From: Octopus vulgaris
Taxonomy: Eukaryota
Length of the DNA: 64,000 bases
Reading direction: 5' to 3'
Assembly (NCBI GenBank): GCA_951406725.2
Contig: OX597820.1
Span: 37,510,001-37,574,000, forward strand
Shown here: in pieces, positions 1-11,330 of the stretch
Layout of the letters: each line of letters begins with the position of its first letter
Position numbering within the stretch: position 1 is the stretch's first letter
Notes under the pieces: generated by a model
Databases searched by the model: none
Told to the model about the DNA's origin: nothing
What the model saw: only the letters and a program-made list of their open reading frames with translations
Made by a program: the position numbers and the translations under genes

Positions 1-618
1 GAAAATAATATTCTTCCACTGCTCTAGGTACCAATTCTGTGGGTTTTTAGTTCACTCTAAACACTTTGCAATGTTTGTTTTTGAAAGTAGTGGTTTTCTG
101 ATTGCAGCCCTCCCATGAAATCTGGCTTTGTGCAGCTCCTGGTGAACAGTTTTTGTGGAAACTGAGTTCTCGAGGTGGACTTTAAGCTCTGCTGTAATTT
201 TGTGATCCTTTCTAACAATTCACATAAGAGTCCGACAGTCCCTATCTGAAAGTTTTGGTTTTCTTCTGGAGTTTTGTTTTGATGAGGAGGTTTTTCCCTC
301 TTTCTCAAGGGCTGTCATTACTTTCAAGACAGTATTTCTTAATACACCAAACATTTCGGCTGTTTTCATTATGCTAGCGCTTGTCATACGAGCACCAACA
401 ATTTGACTTCTTTGAAAGTCCGATAGATCTGTCATTTTAATGAATTTTAACTACCTTTTTCTGATGATATCTGAAAAGAAACAGCAATTTTAGCAAAACA
501 TATTAAGTAACACTAATAATAAATCAAAAAACATAAAAATAAACAAACTTTTGGTGGTTTTATAGATATTTCAAAATTATGATGCTAGGTGTTTCCATTA
601 TTTTGTCCAACCACTGTA
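1..618 (-). mobile_element. Tc1-family DNA transposon, left end and decayed transposase N-terminus (runs off the window start)
   Basis: The minus-strand ORF 220..435 (MTDLSDFQRSQIVGARM...RKPKLSDRD) is a Tc1 paired-like HTH. The same frame continues through stop codons as IVRKDHKITAELKVHLENSVSTKTVHQELHKARFHGRAAIRKPLLSKTN...WKNIIF. A Tc1-type TIR (CAGTGGTTGGACAAAATAATGGAAACACC on the minus strand) ends at 616, followed by TA. Confidence 0.9.
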
Positions 619-649
619 TATGTGTGTGAGTGTGTGTGTATGTAGCCGG

Positions 650-900
650 GACTTTTGACAATATGCTTTGCCTGAGAAGACTCATCAAGCCAAGTGAAAT
701 TATAGTTGTGGCCAATGGTACGTAAAAAGCACCCATTACACTATTGGAGTGGTTGGCATTAGGAAGAGTATCCACCCGTAGAAACCGTGCCAAATCAAAT
801 TGGAACCTCATGCAGCTCTCCAGCTTACAGGTTTCAGTCAAACCATCTAGCCCATGCCAGCATGGAAAGCAGAGGTTAAATGATGAAGATGATGATGATA
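650..900 (+). mobile_element. SINE/retroposon 3' part ('family C', ending GCATGGAAAGC...(GAT)n)
   Basis: The sequence aaaagcaccc...ggaagggcatccagc...cccatgccagcatggaaagc with a (gat)n tail recurs at about 26895-27155, 35500-35673, 39060-39175 (minus), 49690-49775 and 53340-53635. Confidence 0.8.
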
Positions 901-2403
901 TATATGTATATATGTGTATACACACACACACATTGTGTATTGACAAGTTTAGAAGACTTCACTGCTGGATGAAATGCATTTTAGCATACAGGCACACATT
1001 TGTGCACAAAGGCACTTGCAATATGCTCACACACACAAGTCTACATACATAAAACTACATATATACCCACTAGCATAGATAGGGGAGGGGGCGGTGGGGG
1101 TTTCCTGGCCTGGGTAGCAATATGTGTTGTTTGTGGGGTCTGGGGATGGCAAACAGAAGGGACACCCTGGACAGCACACTCTAGCTATGCTAATTTATAT
1201 ACCTTTTGGTCCCAGTCTACACCTGCTGTCACCACTTGTCTCTCTATCACTCCTGCTTCCATCACTCTACTATCTTCTGTATCATTACTATGTAACATAT
1301 CACACTTTCTGTACTGCCAGTCATCACTTCCTCTTCCTTGAGCAACTTCATACTGACATCCATCTTTCATTGTTATCATTGACCAACTCAAACCCTAGCT
1401 CACTATTGGCTACCTACATTTCATGTTTATCTCTGACTGTCTCTGCTCCTATTCTATTCCATCACTCACTATCCTTCTCCATAAACCCTCTTGCAACCAA
1501 TACCCACCCTTCATATACTCATTCTTTATGATGCTTCTGTCACCATGCACTCTTCTGTTCATCTTCTTGGCCATATTAACTTTAAGGCATGCTCTTGCTT
1601 CTCTTCACTATCATGTTTATCTCTCTTTCAGGCACCACTGCTTCCCACCCCTGTCACCTGCATATAATGCAGAATAGTCCTGAATCTCTTCCTGCTCAAT
1701 CCATCCCAATATTCTCTTCATCACTCTCTGAATTTCTTTTACTAACTGTTGACATTACTCCTTGTCTTTCTTCCTATTACTCACTTCCCCAACAGTGTCT
1801 CTATTAGTCTTTTCACTAATACATTCTCAGTACAATAAGTGTTCTTGCATTATATTTAGCTGCTATTTCTAGCAGATCAAGATGCCCCCCCCCCACTGGT
1901 TCATCTTATTTCTAAATATGTTAGAACAATGATATATAACAAATTATCTATTAACTTCATCACTAAGATAGTAAATGTATATAAAATCAAAGACGTAAGC
2001 ATCTCATGCTAGTTAAACTGTGTCTGATTTAGAAGACAATGATAAAAGCAGATAAAAAACTTCAGAGATGAACTAAAAGATAAATTCTTATATTAAAACC
2101 CCATTCTTCACATCCTAATAATTCTGGAAGTTGAAGGAAATGGTTCTATAATATATTTGATCCACTTGTACAGTAGTCAATTTTCCCATCATTTCCAAGC
2201 AAGTCTATGGACTACATTCAGTTAAGAGATGATTAAATGAAGAACACCAGAAGCCTTAATCAAAAGCCATTCACATAAAATTGGTCATTAAAAGGGTGAT
2301 TACATTGGTGATGCCCCAGCATGGTAACAGACTTAGGGCTGAACGATAAAAGAAAAAAAGAATATATATATATATATATATATATATAATACATATATAT
2401 GTA

Positions 2404-3045
2404 TCCCAGAGTCACATACAAAGTGTGATCTCGGGATTGATATGAGCAATGATGCCTTGTTTGACATGCATATCAACCAAGATGATGGCAGTGTGCTGGT
2501 GAATGGTTGGATGGATTCTGAGAATCTTCAGAACAAGGGACCAGGAAACTATGCTGGTTCTATGGAGGACATTTGTCCTCAGCTGTCTGGACTACTGTTC
2601 TCAACTGTGGTGATCCTACAATGTCAGATTAATAGTGGAACTTGAGGCAGTTCAGCAATGTTACACCAGGAAGATTGCATCAATGGAGCAGCTGAGCTAC
2701 TGGAGAGACTGAAAGAGCTGCAACTTTACTCTCTGGAGCGAAGATAGTAGAGGTATGCAGTGATATATGTAGGAAGGATCCTGGAGGGGCTGGCACCAAA
2801 CTTTGGAATCAAAAACTATACCCAATCCCAAACTGGATGTTGCCGCAGTGTTCCAAAGGTCCCAACTATCCCATCTACAGTGAGGACCATGTACTGCAAG
2901 AACTTGGGATTCGAGGACCCACAGCTATTTAATGCCTTGCCAAAACATCTGAGGGATCTTCATGGAGTGAGGGTAGATGTTTTAAAGAAACAACTTGACT
3001 TCCTGCTATCCGAGGTCCAAACGAACCAAAATCAAGGCAGGTGAT
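2404..3045 (+). mobile_element. CR1/L2-clade-like LINE ORF2 C-terminal fragment (decayed)
   Basis: Translates as GWILRIFRTRDQETMLVLWRTFVLSCLDYCSQLW, then LSYWERLKELQLYSLERR, then PQLFNALPKHLRD...LKKQLDFLL. These are typical post-RT motifs of CR1/L2/Jockey-group LINEs. Stops and frameshifts are present. Confidence 0.85.
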
Positions 3046-3430
3046 CAATTATAAAGGAATCAAAAGAGGCAGTTTTAGAAGAATGAAACTGCTGAATTAG
3101 ATAATGAAAGTTAAGGAGAGAGTCATAGCATTATTAATTTGTGACAGAGCAGATCTGAATGAGATGCAGTTGGCTTTGTGCCTGGTAGTGCAATCTTCCT
3201 AGTGAGGTACTGTAGGAGAAATACCTGGCTACAAGCAGACCACTATACTTGGCATTTGTTGACCTGAAAGAAGGCATTTGACAGGGGACCATGTTCAGTA
3301 ACCTGGTGGACACTAAGGAAACTAGATACAGACAGATTGTTTGTTAGGGCTGTACAAGCTATTTAAAAAGATGCAGTTAGTAAAGTGTGAGTTAGCAGTG
3401 ATTACAGTAATAAATTTTGTGTGAAGATTT
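3046..3430 (+). mobile_element. RTE-clade LINE reverse transcriptase fragment (decayed)
   Basis: EKYLATSRPLYLAFVDL...AFDR...WWTLRKL...VRAVQA; homologous to the longer RTE fragment at 12591-13607. Confidence 0.8.
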
Positions 3431-3529
3431 TGTCCTCAAAAATCTTCTCTTCACTCTAGTCCAACAGACTTACATTTATATATGTTCCCACACATACATG
3501 TTTATGTTTGTATATATCATCATTATTAT

Positions 3530-3965
3530 TACTAAGAAAACTGAATTTACAAAATTATTAGCACCCCAGACAAAATGCATTTCTTCTGGCTTTATGTTCT
3601 GAGTTCAATTTACCCCTCCCTTCAAAATTCTGACAGTGAATTGACAGAATCATTAGCACACCATACAAAATGCTTCGCAGCATTTCATCTGGCTTTATGT
3701 TCTGAGTTCAGTTTACCCCTCCCCTGAAAATTGCTGGTCATGTGCTAAAATTTGAAACAGTTATTCTTAAGGCAGTAAGCTGGCTGAAGTGATAGATATT
3801 CGAAAAATGCTTACAGGCATTTCTTCTAAAACCTATGTCCTGAGTTCAAATCCTGCTGAGGTCAAGTTTACCATTCATCCTCTTGTGGATGATATTGGGG
3901 TTGATGTAATCAATTGGTCTTCTCACAAGATTTCAGGCTTTGTGCCTATAATACAAAGTTATTAT
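3530..3965 (+). mobile_element. Three tandem partial copies of tRNA-derived SINE 'family A'
   Basis: aaatgc...atttc...ctttatgttctgagttcaa occurs three times head-to-tail; it matches the less decayed copy at 27157-27362. Confidence 0.75.
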
Positions 3966-4069
3966 TTGTCAGCAGAAGTCACTCAAGAGCTGAGAGTTTG
4001 GTGCTAAAGTGGCTGTGCACGAAACTCTTGACCTTTGAGTCATTTTGTATCATTTGAAGAATAAACATA

Positions 4070-4275
4070 ATGAAGGTTTCAAATTATGGCACAAGGCCAG
4101 CCATTTTAAGGGAGGGTTAAGTCAATTGCATTGCCCTCCCATTGTTCAGTTGTTACTTATTTTGTCGACCCTGAAAAGATGAAAGGCATAGTCGACCTTA
4201 ATGAAATTTGAATCCAGAACTTAAAAAGCTGGAAAATATGCCGCTAAGCATTTTCTAAGGATAAATAATAATAAT
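4070..4275 (-). mobile_element. SINE family A copy
   Basis: Reverse complement of family A (gtcgaccctgaaaagatgaaaggc...aatttgaatccagaac...ctaagcattt). Confidence 0.75.
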
Positions 4276-4750
4276 TTGTTTATTGGCCACAAGGGCTTAC
4301 ATAAAATTACATACAACATAAAAGACAAAAACAGGATGATACAATGGGTTTTACAACGTGTAAACAAGATAAATGATTAAAAATTAAACAATTTAAAACT
4401 CCCAATAGAGGAGACGCTTTAAGGACCTCGTGGAAAAACGCACAAAAGCCACAGGTGCCTGAACAACAGGCCTAAGGCATTTTTTTTGTTTACAAGTACA
4501 CGCTCAGAATTGGTCCTTTCAACAAACTTGCTACAAGACAACACTTCCCTCTCTACCCTCAACTTCCTCTTCAAGTGAAACTTGAAAAAGTTGATTAGTG
4601 TTTGGCCAAAGAGAAAAGTGCCTGTCTTTAGCCCTTTCAAACGGGTCCACCATACTACCTCTTTCGCTACAGCCACTAGACAAATAAAAATTGCCTTCCC
4701 CTCCCGGCCAAAAGAGGGCGGCGGGGCAATCTTCACCACCACCACCACTA
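4262..4750 (-). mobile_element. Tx1/L1-like LINE 3' end (ORF2 C-terminus, 3' UTR, AATAAA and (TTA)n tail)
   Basis: ORF 4419..4748 (AIFICLVAVAKEVVWWTRLKG...FFKFHLKRKLRVERE) resembles the C-terminus of L1/Tx1 ORF2. On the minus strand it is followed by aataaa and then ttattattatt. The clade call is from motif memory only. Confidence 0.6.
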
Positions 4751-4759
4751 CAACACAAC

Positions 4760-4950
4760 CCTTTCTACTATAGGTACAAGGCCTGAATTTTGGTAGGAGG
4801 GGGCTAGTCGATTAAATCAACCGGTACTTATTTTATCAACCCCAGAAGAATAAATAGCTAAGTCGCCCTCAAGCAGAATTTGAATCCAGAACTTTTTGAA
4901 TAAATATGTCACTAAGCATTTTGTAAGGATTAATAAAAAATAATAATATA
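4760..4950 (-). mobile_element. SINE family A copy
   Basis: Homologous to 4070-4275 and in the same orientation. Confidence 0.75.
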
Positions 4951-4983
4951 TTGTATACTGACTTCTATTTATCCAGGTTGTCC

Positions 4984-5072
4984 TATCAATACCCCCCTCT
5001 CTCTCTATCTATCAATCCCCCTCTCTCTATCTCTCAATTCATCAACCCCCCCTCTCTCTCTATCTATCAATA
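4984..5072. repeat. Short degenerate tandem repeat (ctatcaa-Cn-(CT)n unit, 3-4 copies)
   Basis: Directly visible repeated unit. Confidence 0.7.
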
Positions 5073-6863
5073 CGTGCGTGCGCACACACATTTAGTTTGT
5101 AGGATCTAAACGTATCAAATACAAGGATAAATGCAATAAGATCAACATATATCAGATAGATATAGTGCGCAAACAAACATAACTTTTCAAATTTTAAACC
5201 ATATTGCGAAATAACTTATGGACTCTCTTTTCTCAATACTTCCTCCGCCTTCCCTCTCTCCCTCCAACATACACTCACTATTTATGTAACACTCTCACTC
5301 ACGCTTCATAATTTTAAATACTCTTCGGTTATTTAGTGTCATTTTTTTTTATTGTCTTGTCTTATGTGCATATAAAGGAATACAATTCGTCGGCTGTGTT
5401 TTCTATGCAAAACACGCATTGAGGTAAGGTTTTCTCACTTAAAAAAAAATCGTTTTGTTTGGTTTATTTAACATATACTTAGCATGCTTGTTGCTGTTGT
5501 TCCAGTCGTGACCATCCCGTCTGTCGAGCAGTGGTTAGGACCACATTATCTAACTAACGAATCTCTTGTGTCTTTTCGTTACCCCCCTTTTTTTTTCTTC
5601 TTTAAGGCGATACGGTGTGAATTGAAGGAAGTTTAACTGCGAGTTCTATTAGGTCAAGCGACTTATGCAAACGCCTCCGCCTGCAAACCGCTACTCACCA
5701 TATATCGTATTTTGTTATTTAATAAACTCAAATAGGCTTTGAAAGAGTTTTAAGTAAAGTCCTATATTTTGCACGACTAAATAAAATGCATTTTCTGATA
5801 CACTTACATTTACTATGTGAGCTCACACTCGAACGTTTGTTATTTCAGCTTAGTCTTCAGTTAAAATCAACGCTGCACTCAACTTGTCACTTTTCGTCCT
5901 TCTGCAGGTATAGAAAATCAATACCAGTGATATATATATATAAAGCCCAAAGGTTTTCATTGATTACATTTACCGCATCCCCAGTGAGACAAACCCTATA
6001 AAATTCCTTTTTTTTTTTTTTTTTTTCTTTTTTAATGAAGAGAAACTATCTGGTTCGTAAGAAAAACAATCACAAAACCTGTTGTTCGGCAAAAGAGACT
6101 TAAATAGAATAAGTAACAAGCTTTAAAAGAAAAAAAAAATATTGGGAGTGATTCGTTCGACTAAAATCCTTCACAGTGGTTCCAAAACATGACCACCGTT
6201 CAATAACTAAAGCGAGTAAATGATGAAGAAAGGACGATGGTCTTGAGAAGCCCTTTTTTTTCTAAGCAAATATTCAACACTTTTACTAATTCACTAAGCT
6301 TTTTCGCAATGTATATTACTTCGACGACATAACGAGGGAACTTCTTGGCTTGTTTTATCTGCTAGAAATAGTTACCAAACACATTATTGGGTAATGTAAT
6401 CTTAGAAAGACGTAATGGTTGTGACCGGAATGTCATTACTTAATCAGTGCTGATAATATCAATTTGATAGTAAAAAGAGGAAGAAAGGAAAAAATTGTAA
6501 CTAGTCTGTGGAGGTGATTCAAACTCTTCTCTACCCCTCTATCTCTCTTTCTGTCTGTCTGTCATTAGCTGAGAATATTAAAGTGAAAGTAATATCTTAA
6601 ACTCAGAGCGCAAAATACATGCACACACACGCACACACACACACGGTAATATGTAACGGTAAGATCCAAGAATCAAGGTGTAGAAAGTTAGTAAGCTTCG
6701 AGTAGTCCGTAGAAGGTGTAGAAAAACAACTTTCAGGAACAATAGTGGTTTATTGACGTAGAATGTTGTAAATTTTCCCCATATCGAAATTCGATAAGCT
6801 GAAAAAATTTATTTTATAGTTCACGGTTAGCGGCTGGGTTTGGTGTGTATGCGAATAAAAGTC

Positions 6864-7900
6864 CAAATTTAGGGAATGGTGTAGATAAAATCAAAGCTAC
6901 ATTTGTTTCTTAACTTACAGACCACACCCCCTCCATTTTCTCCCAAATTTGATTATTTTTGTAATTTTTTTTTTGCCCAAAATACCCGTTTTCAGATACG
7001 GAGGTTCCGGAAAATTGCCAAAAATCGGTATCGTGAACCCCCTCCCCCCAACTTCAATTTTGACTTTTTTCTTCAACACTAACCCTAAAACCGTAACCGT
7101 AAGTACAGAAATGTTTTGAAATTTTTGTCCGAATCATGATGTCCATATTTTTCTGCATATTTAGAAAAACAAAAAAAAATTCTTAAAAAAAATTTTCAAA
7201 GATTTTTGGAAATTTTTTTCAGAATCATAATCTCCATATTTTTCTGTATATTTTGAAAAAAAAAAATTGTGAAAAAAGTTAAAAATGAAAGAAGTGGGGG
7301 GTAATTTAGAAATGTTGATTTTTGCCAATTTTTTTGCAGATTCCCCGTAGCCGAAAAGGGGGACTTGTGTCGAAAAAAAAAAATGTTAAAAGGGTGGTTT
7401 GGTGGTGGTGATGGTGGGGGACGGGCGGAAGTCTTGCTGAACCTCGGAAGTAGTAATTATTGAAAACGAAGGGTAATCCACTAGCTTCTCATCAGCTCAA
7501 AGATACCTTAGTCGGCAAAGGTAAAGAATACACACACTCAGTGTTTAGGATTTATGTTTAAGGTCACGCTGAAAATGGATGGTGTGCGTATTCTTTACCT
7601 CTGCCCTTTAGTCAAATGAAGGTTACATTGTCAAGGGATTCCATAACTCACAGATTTGATTTAAAATGTGTGGAAAGCACCACATTGGATCGAAAATGGT
7701 GGGCTTTCCACGCTCTACGCATTTTCGATCAAATCTCCTGCGAGTTAACATGGAATCCCTTGATGACAATGTAACCTTCATTTCACTAAAGACGAGCAGC
7801 TAGCGGATTACTCCTCGTTCAGGTAATTTCTACTTCTGGGGTTCTGCTAGCTATGAAACATAAGTAGCCGGGATTTTATCTATTCCATTCCCTAAATTTG
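6864..7900. mobile_element. ~1 kb non-coding element of nested inverted repeats (foldback/MITE-like, family not recognised)
   Basis: 57-bp ungapped terminal IR 6864-6920 / 7844-7900 (46/57 by manual count). Internal IR about 6965-7070 / 7272-7383. Direct repeat about 7115-7183 / 7206-7270. Branched IR block 7433-7850. Confidence 0.65.
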
Positions 7901-7932
7901 TGTGTGCGTACAGACACACGCATGTATGTATG

Positions 7933-7969
<37 letters not shown>

Positions 7970-7970
<1 letters not shown>

Positions 7971-8262
7971 TGGAGGCGCAATGGCCCAGTAGTTAGGGCA
8001 GTGGACTCGTGGTTTCAATTCGCAGACCCGGCGTTGTGTGTGTTTGTTGAGCGTAAACACCTAAAGCTCCACGAGGCTCAGGCAGGGGGTGGTAGTGACC
8101 CCTCTTGTACTCTTTCGCCCCAACTTTCTCTCACTCTTTCTTGGGTAACGCTGCGATGGACTGGCGTCCCGTCCAGCTGGGGGGAACACATACGCCACAG
8201 AAACTGGGAAATCAAGCCCATGAGCCTGGCTAGGCTTGAAAAGGGCGCATAAATAAAAAATA
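7970..8262 (+). mobile_element. tRNA-derived SINE with a Meta-domain-like central region
   Basis: A-box-like tggcccagtagtta and B-box-like ggtttcaattc; central gctgcgatggactggcgtcccgtccag...acagaaac resembles the MetaSINE conserved domain; A-rich tail. Confidence 0.65.
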
Positions 8263-9294
8263 ATACACACACACACACATATATATACACAACTAAAATC
8301 CTTTAGGGCGGTGCCCATGACTGAAGCAAATATTGGTCTATTGGGTCAACCGAGACTACAGTTAGAAGTGCACTCTGCTGTGGGATCAAATCCGAGGCAG
8401 TGATTTTGGACTATCCACCATTCAGCTTACCTCCTGGTAAAAACTTATGCCTTTACACCAAAACCATTTGGGTTACAAAGTGAGTTGTCAAATTTTGCAA
8501 CTGTATTAAACTTTAGGAGCAGTCCTTGAATCTATTTCTCTACTCTACTTTTTTCAGTCACTAGTATGATTTCGTTTGGCCACCGGAGAATTGCATTTTT
8601 TCTTTTAGGTGGTAATGTGGCAGAATTTTGGCTCTCAATGAAAGCGTACATTTTGTGGTGATATTTGAATTAGATATTTTTTCTTTTTAGATTTTCTTCT
8701 TTTAATAATTTGGCTTGCGAAACAAAAACAAAAGAATGAAAATGAATCGAAATAACAAGAAACTGTAACCGATCTGAAATGATTACTTCCCATAGTTAAT
8801 TGTTGCAGTAAATTGAATTTAAATCAACAACACGTGCACGCGCACACAGAGCTAACTTTGAAATATAACCTGTACAATGCAAATAGCCTTTTGTATAGAT
8901 TGAATGTGTTAAAAATGCTTAAAATGTAGCACCACCTACTACAAACTATCAAACCTGTGCAAGAAACAAGGAAGCTTTTCTGTGGTGGCTTGACTTGTTA
9001 GAAATAGCCAAATTTACCTACTGCTTCAAAACTAGACATTGATAGCATAACCATAGGTGTATATCCTGAAAGAAGAAAAAGAAAAAAGACATGATGTTTA
9101 AGGTTGGAATATCTTCAGATCTGTTCATTCAGAGTGCGCTGGGGTTATACAAAAACGATGGAGCTTTTAGAAGCTAACGAGGGAAACATGTGAAGTAACT
9201 TGACCTGATCTCAACAATAAACACCTGATCCTGCTCATGGTCTTTCCACCTGCTAGAAATAGTAGCAAAATCTTCTTGAAATAATGGATTCACA

Positions 9295-9455
9295 TTGTTT
9301 CGAGGGAGGGAGTAAGTCGATTACATCGACCCCCAGTGCTTGACTAGCATTTATTTTATCAACTCCGAAAGTTTGAACTGAGAACGTAAAGACGGACGAA
9401 ATGCCGCTAAGCATTTTGTCTAGTATGCTAACAACTCTGCCAGCTTGCCGCCTTA
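9295..9455 (-). mobile_element. SINE family A copy
   Basis: gtcgattacatcgacccccag...gccgctaagcatttt...ctgccagcttgccgcc is the reverse complement of family A including its head. Confidence 0.8.
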
Positions 9456-9907
9456 GTCATCCTTTACTGTTTTAAAAAGAAGAAAGTCACAATATGTCAT
9501 GTACTCCTAGATACACTATGTCTGAATAATGTATGATTTGGTCATACCTGGAACACCTGTTCTGGTTCAGTCTGTTTTGTGTTTGCTTTTGGTAGAAATT
9601 GTCACTGTAAAGGTCTTTTCTTTGTTGCCATGGTAACAAAGTAGTGGTAAAAGGATTGGTGAGGGTCATAATGCAAATGCTCCTTTTTGGCCCTTTATCA
9701 TAGCTGATTCAGAGAGGGAGAGAGAGAGAAAACTGATTTCAAGATTTGCCTGGGTTCCATTGCTTTTTTTTGATATTCCAAATGTAGAGGCATTCTATAT
9801 ATCTGGTTGTTTTTAATGGTTTTGGTTCATGAATGCTTGCACATTGATGGCTTAAGTATGTGGATATATATCTGTACTGTGTGTGTACAGACATCCATCT
9901 CCTGTGC

Positions 9908-10700
9908 TACAGGGGTAATGTGTTCCTGAAAATCTTATTGTTATATTTAATTTGCCCATTGATTTTCATGTTATAAAGTGATAATGTATTCTGATAGATT
10001 TTTCAAAAATCAACAACAAACAAATTACATGAACATTCTTATGTGTAAAAGTAAGCTTCTAAACCTACACAATACAATATGTATATATGAAAACATTTGA
10101 AGAGAAATATGTTAGGAAATATGTCACAATATTTGTAATAGGGTATGTTCCTACAACAAAAACTGTTGACTACTGTGTCAGGGATGGTGGTGGTGGTGTT
10201 GAAATGAGTGATGCTACTATTTTATAATATAATTCACCATCCCTATCTTGGGAGGCAAAGATCTTATTGAAAATTGTTTGATGTTTATGGCACATCATCT
10301 TTGTACTGCTCAGTGTAGAAACTGAGCTCATTGTAATTTCCTCTTGTAATTCTTATGTTCACTATTAAGATTGTTATCAGCAAAAACTTGCTATTCTTCC
10401 TTTATATGTGTTGACATTTTAGCAATATTGTTTGTAGTTCATTTATGTGAAGATTTTGGAATTTCTGTATTCTCAGCTTGCTTTTGTTCTAACAGCATCA
10501 GTTTCTTGTTAGATACACTATGTAGGACACTAACAATTCAACCACATAATCTTCTATGACATATCCAAACCTTTCATCATTTGCAAGTGTCACATCTTTC
10601 CAAATTTGATGTAGATGTTCATCTTGTAGAAAAGTTGGAAAATCATGGATACAGTTTGGCCATATATTTTTTTGAAGCATCTTTCAAACTTGAGGGTTTA
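9908..10700 (-). mobile_element. Tigger/pogo-like DNA transposon right end (decayed)
   Basis: Minus ORF 10498..10680 (KNIWPNCIHDFPTF...VTLANDERFGYVIEDYVVELL) matches the Tigger transposase C-terminal W..IWP.C.HDF motif. A TA|CAG terminus lies at 9908-9912. Confidence 0.65.
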
Positions 10701-10740
10701 ACTTCCTGTTATGATTCAGACAGAATTTTGTTGAGGCAGA

Positions 10741-10879
10741 TTCCCCTCTGAGATTCACACACTTATTGCAGCAGTCCTTCAGTCTTTCTAAACCCTGTAA
10801 AAAAACTCAGAAGGTTGGGCCTCCAGCCAGACTTTCACAAAACCCTTAATGCCAGGAATTTTTCAGCACCCCCCTTGTA
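10741..10879 (+). mobile_element. Mariner-type MITE, partial copy
   Basis: Homologous to 61807-62021; ends gccaggaatttttcagcacccccctTGTA. Confidence 0.75.
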
Positions 10880-11139
10880 TATGTATATGTGTGTGTGTTT
10901 GTGTGAATACTTGTTTTGTCATCACTTCATGGTTGTAAACAAACTGCGTCATCATAAAAGTCATCGTTTCAGTCTCCTATGGAAAATGTTGTCTTGCCTA
11001 GGTACAAATGAGGATTGGTGACAGGTAGTGTCTGACCATAGAAAATCTGCCTCAACAAAATTTTGTCTGACACATACAAGCATGAAAAAGCAGACATTAA
11101 AGATAACTGTGATAATCATTTTTACAAAGAAGCCATTCT

Positions 11140-11330
11140 ATATAGTTGGTCAATGAGCTAGAAATAGCAACCAAATCTCTTTTATATCACACTTTATATT
11201 TCAAAATAGCAAGGAGATTCTGGATAATGTAGTTCTGAATTTGATATGTCTGAAAATAAGATAGGATTGTCATAGCTGGAGCACCTTTGACCAAACTTCT
11301 TCACCGTGTCTGATGTGAGCTAAACAAAAC
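11140..11330 (+). mobile_element. Abundant old short interspersed repeat ('family F'; gctagaaatagcagccaaatct...ggctaaacaac)
   Basis: The same motif recurs at about 8985, 15150, 21420, 41240, 42300, 46880 (minus), 47340, 47880, 48460, 59420 and 59920. Confidence 0.65.

Larger units (their letters stand above)
5050..8850. promoter_or_regulatory. CpG-retaining (probably unmethylated) region; candidate promoter/first-exon zone
   Basis: CG dinucleotides are frequent here, even inside SINE copies, but are visibly depleted in flanking DNA where the same SINEs show TG/CA decay. Minus-strand donor-like motifs GTAAGT (5807-5802) and ATG|GTGAGT (5701-5693) lie near a TA-rich box at 5930-5944. Confidence 0.45.

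Noticed and set aside
1081-1150. G-quadruplex-like G runs
   Set aside because: An isolated low-complexity tract with no contextual support for function.
7077-7101. Interstitial telomere
   Set aside because: Only 3-4 degenerate units; better explained as a motif within the inverted-repeat element.
7486-7496. CTGATGAG on the minus strand as a hammerhead core in the branched element
   Set aside because: The partner strand reads ctcGTCT rather than GAAA at the required position, and the motif is paired within the outer stem.
7628-7790. 52-codon minus-strand ORF (MKVTLSSRDSMLTRRRFDRKC...) suggested by the 3-nt bulges
   Set aside because: It is short with no recognisable motif, and the fourth bulge is 7 nt, which breaks the codon explanation.
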